DNA of 64,000 bases from the human T2T-CHM13v2.0 reference genome, Homo sapiens: assembly GCF_009914755.1 (NCBI RefSeq), contig NC_060947.1. The stretch is one strand, 5' to 3'. Under the pieces are notes generated by a model that did not search any database, had not been told where the DNA came from, and was given only the letters and a program-made list of their open reading frames with translations. Shown here one piece after another: positions 59,342 through 64,000 of the stretch. A program made the translations under genes and the position numbers. The first letter of the stretch is position 1, and each line of letters opens with the position of its first letter.

Positions 59342-60450
59342 TATTTTTCAAATTTTTATTTTGCAATCATTATAGACTCACAGGAAGTCGCAAAGAAATA
59401 TGCAACAATGTCTTGTGCAAACTTCACTTTACCTCTCCCAATGTTGATACCATGTATAACTATAGTACAATATAAAAACTGGGAAATTATTGCTATAATT
59501 CATAGAGCTTATTCGGGCTTTACCAGATAGACAAGTATGCACTTGTGTGACTCTGGTGTGTGTGTGTGTGTGTTTGTGTGTGAAGCTCTATTCGACATTA
59601 TCAAGTGTAGCTTTGTGTAACAAACACCACAATCAAAATATTGAGCAGGTCCATCACCACAAGGCTCCATTGTGGCACCATTATATAGCATACCCTCTGC
59701 CTTATTCCTGACCTCTGGCAACCAATATCTGTTCTTAATATCAATATCTGTTCTTAATATCTATAATTATATTTCAGTAATGTTATATACAAGAAATAAC
59801 ACAGTATTTAACCTTTGACTTTTTTTTGCTCAATATGGTGCTCTTGACATCCATTGGAGTTGTGAATATTGAGTATCAGTAGTTCATTCCTTTAAATTGT
59901 TGTGTAGTATTTAGTGGTATGAGTATATAACAGTTTGTTTAACAGTCACTCATTGATGGATACTTGAGCTGTTTCTTGTTTCTAGCTACTGCATTCATGT
60001 CAAGGTTTTTGGGTGAACATAAACATCAATTTTCTGGGATAAATATCAAGAGTACAATTGCTGGGCTGTATGGCGACTGCATGTTTAATTTTAGAAGAAA
60101 CTCCTAAACTGTTTTCTAGAATGGTTGTACCATTTTACATTCCCATCAGCAATATTAGAGAGACCCAGTTCCTTTGCATCCCTGTTAGCTTTCAGTGTTG
60201 TCACTGTTTTTCTTTTTTTAATTTTAGCCATTCTGATAGGTGTATAGTGATAACTCATTGTAGTGTTAATTTGCATTTCTTTAATGGCTAGTGAAGCTGA
60301 ACATCTTTTTATGCATTTCTTTACCATCTGTATATCCTCTTCAGTGAAATGTCTATTAAGGCTTTTCCCACATTTTTTTCCACTAGATTATTTGTGGTTT
60401 TAGTGCTCAGTTTTGAGTGATATTTATATATTCTAGATACTAGTTCTTTG
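59342..60450 (-). mobile_element. L1MC-type 3' end, ~1.1 kb
   Basis: 'ttatagactcacaggaagtcgcaaa', 'ccatcaccacaaggctcc', 'tggttgtaccattttacattcccatcagcaa', 'ttttagccattctgatagg'; ORF 60091-60327 resembles the ORF2p C-terminal region. Confidence 0.88.
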
Positions 60451-60719
60451 AGACTTTACAAAGATAGATTAAGGAAAGAAAAAGGACATGGGTTAAAAAC
60501 AGTAAAAAACAAAATCAAGAACCACAAGTGAAAAGCAGTATGGGAAATCAAAAAAGGGAACAGCACCCAATGACAAAAAGCAAATCTTTATTATATATTT
60601 ATATATGAAGCTTTAACCAAAATGAAAGTGCTTTGTCATATAAAATTTTCATAAAATGCAATCAAAATATCATTATTATAACATATTATATGTAAACATC
60701 TGTAATTATGTTCATTAAA

Positions 60720-62060
60720 GCATTACACATCAAGTAACTTATTTAAAAATATATATGGGGAAACCTAATGTGTTTGGTTCCAGGTAATAAAGTGGTGAGC
60801 AAGAACAGTTGAGGTGTCTTGGTTCATAGAACTTACCACATAATCCGACTGGCAAGTATTAATTAGTCACGTACATACATATGGAATCATAACAGTGCTA
60901 TGTGTTATGAACAGATGTTACGTGGTAGAGGAATTTGATGTACTTAGGGGATTTTGATGTCTATCCAGAGGTAAGCTTGTAGGTGGAAAATGGTGTCATC
61001 AAGGTAAAAAAGGGGAAACGGGGAGGTTCTAGACAAATAGAAAAGCATACACAAAAGTACTGTAGATAAAAAAAAAAAGCTATACCTAGTCAGGGAACAA
61101 AAAGAAAGCCAGTAAGGGGGCGAGGCAAAGGAAACATGATGGGAAATGAGATAGGAGAGGTAGGCAGTGTCTAGACTTTGATTTTTAAATGTGTTTTGTT
61201 TTGTTTTGTTTGGCTTTCCTAGCAACCAAGAGAAACTACTAACATGATTTAACAAGTGGTGGTATCTTCGAATTTAATTGGCTGCATGAAGTTTAGAGAG
61301 TGGATTATCAAGAATACGAAAGAGAATGCAGAGAAACTGGAAAGGAAAGGCTGCTGTATTCCTAGTGAGAGAAAATATATTGCGCTAGGATGATGGTAGA
61401 GGAGATAAAGAGAAGTGGATGAAAATATATTAGAGGATAAAACCCACAGTGACTGGCAATGACTTAGAAATAACTGGGTAAAAAAGATCAGAGTTTCAAG
61501 GATGAGATATGTTTCTGGCTTGTGAAACTGGGTGAATGGTTGCACCATTCAATGATAAGAAAAACAATGAGAAGGAAGCAGGTTTTGTGCGGTGAAGAGA
61601 AAGTTCTGTTTAGGGCATTTAGAGGGAGGTGACTATCACATAAGAATGGAGATGCCACCCAGGCAGTTGAAATCACAGTTCTGGAATTCATTGGAGAAAT
61701 CTAAGCTAGAGGTATAACTTGGTTAGTTATCTGTATATAAGTGTTAATAAAGCTGTGGACATAAGTGCAATGATCGAGGAAGAGATCATTATGAGAAGAG
61801 AATTATGCTAGGACTAGATCCCAAGGAAACCTAATTTTTAAAGGCTGAGAAGAGAGGATCAGCCTGCAATGCAGACTGAATACAAACACCCTCCAAAGTA
61901 GTAGTGAAGCCATGAGAGGACAGTGCACAGATCTTAAAGACGACAACATTTTTAAGAAGGGAGAAAATGGTCACTATTGACCTTCTGCAAGTTCAAGAAA
62001 GACGAAGAAATTTCATTAATTGGTTCTAGAGACATGAAGTCCTCTACTTCACTTGAACTT
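60720..62060 (-). mobile_element. L2 fragment, ~1.3 kb
   Basis: 'gtttctggcttgtgaaactgggtgaatggttgcaccattca...tggagatgccacccaggcagttgaa...gctagaggtataa'. Confidence 0.7.
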
Positions 62061-63035
62061 AGCAGGGTGAAGCTTGAATAGAAAAATAATGAAAGCATGC
62101 AATTAAAAGAAAAGAGAATCTCAATATCTTGTCCAACTGATGCATATAAGAGATAGAAAGAAGATAATACTTTGCTTTATTTTTGTATTTTTACCATAAC
62201 AGAATTTATAATCTAATTTTCTTAAACAAATTATCAAAAAAGAAACCAACAAAGTTACTGCTAATGTTGAATATTAAAGTACTATTATTAATAGCTTCTT
62301 AATTAAGAAATAAATAATTATATGTTTGTTACAATTGGGAATGACATTTGAATATAATAAGTTGTTTTTTTTTCCCAACCGTGTTGTAGTGTTCTTTACA
62401 CTTTTCAAATGGAAAAATGTATTCAGTGTTGTATTATTTATCATGTTACTGATCTTATCAGTAAAGCCAAAAACTTTCATACGTAAACCACTTAATTTCC
62501 AAGTAATGTGTATGTATGTGTGCCTCTGTGTATGTATGATAGACAGAAAGACAAAAAGAGAAGATCTATGCACACTAGTAATATTGAAAGAAATGAGCTA
62601 ATTTACTTCATTCATCACACTGTCATAAAGACTTTCTTTTTTCCTAGAAAAGTGGTATCTCATACAACCTCATCTAATCTCATACACTAGAAAAATGGAT
62701 CAGCATTGATTAAAATAAAATAAATTCTAACAATTTCTTATTTTTATATAATCACACATCTTAGTGTCATTATAGCAGTAAGTTATAAAAACAATGTATA
62801 TTTGTATATTTAATATTAAAGAGTAGTGCTACAAATTAACCTACTGGGTCTCCGAAATATATTTCTGAATTAAGGCTTATTTCTATAGCTTATCCAAAGA
62901 TCAATAACCTTACAGTTAAGAAGATGCATTTTAAATAAATGTTAAAATTTATATTATCCTGATAGTTTTATATACTAGTTAGTTACTGGACAATACTAAA
63001 CAATTGATACCATGGAAACGCACATGATAATCAAT

Positions 63036-63347
<312 letters not shown>

Positions 63348-64000
63348 AATAACCAATAGGCTTTTAATTTGAAATAAATTATTGGGGAGTATTTCTGACT
63401 TCCCTTTGCCTCCCACCCTCATTTATACATCTTGAATAATTCTGTTCCATCACGATCTCTGACATTATTTTTAAATATGTAGATATGTGTGCATTCATTA
63501 CCTCTTTATGAGATGAGAGAATAAAACTGCTTGTGAAGTCAGAGAAACTCAGTATTATTTCTAATCATATATATGAGAATGCCAATGTTGACGTTATCAT
63601 ACAGAGTGCCCATTGCTTAACTCCAGGGGTGTCATTTACCTCATAGCATAATATTAATAGTCCACGTTACTGGTACACTCTAGAATTGTACAGTGTACAC
63701 TATATGAATGTATACAACTAAATATCACACTGTGGATGACTAACATAATGAAGATAAGAGAAAAATTAGTTTATGTAAAAAGGCAACAGTAATTATAGTA
63801 ACTTAAATAACCTACTGTTTATGCCAAGTACTATTCAGAATAGTATGGCACGTTAATCTATGTAAACCATTTTTTTACAATACTAAATCATGTTCAGGTT
63901 AGCCCAGTTCTTAGCTTTTTGTTCATGTAGCACAGTTGCCTGTACATAACTGAAATAAACTCTAAAAGAACAACTAGTGAGACCACTCTAAGGATGGCTA

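Overview
AT-rich primate (very likely human) non-coding genomic DNA, intronic or intergenic. I count 22 Alu copies or fragments (AluJ, AluS and one AluY, many with target-site duplications). There are also truncated L1 3' ends, MaLR LTRs (MST, MLT1), hAT and Tigger DNA-transposon MITEs (MER1A, MER47A, MER33-like, MER112-like), many eroded MIR and L2 fragments, and several microsatellites. I found no recognisable protein-coding exon, RNA gene or CpG island, and the host locus cannot be named from sequence alone. The supplied ORFs are Alu- or L1-derived or look like chance ORFs. I see no evidence for a new multi-component biological system. The best second-look items are: a three-layer nested insertion (Alu in MST LTR in AluJ), closely spaced inverted Alu pairs, a MEF2/E-box/TEAD/NFI motif cluster resembling a muscle enhancer, a 125-bp pure A/T tract, a perfect 12-bp hairpin, an orphan poly(T) with an apparent TSD, and two candidate cryptic exons. 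Repeat subfamilies were recognised by eye, and boundaries of old elements are approximate.
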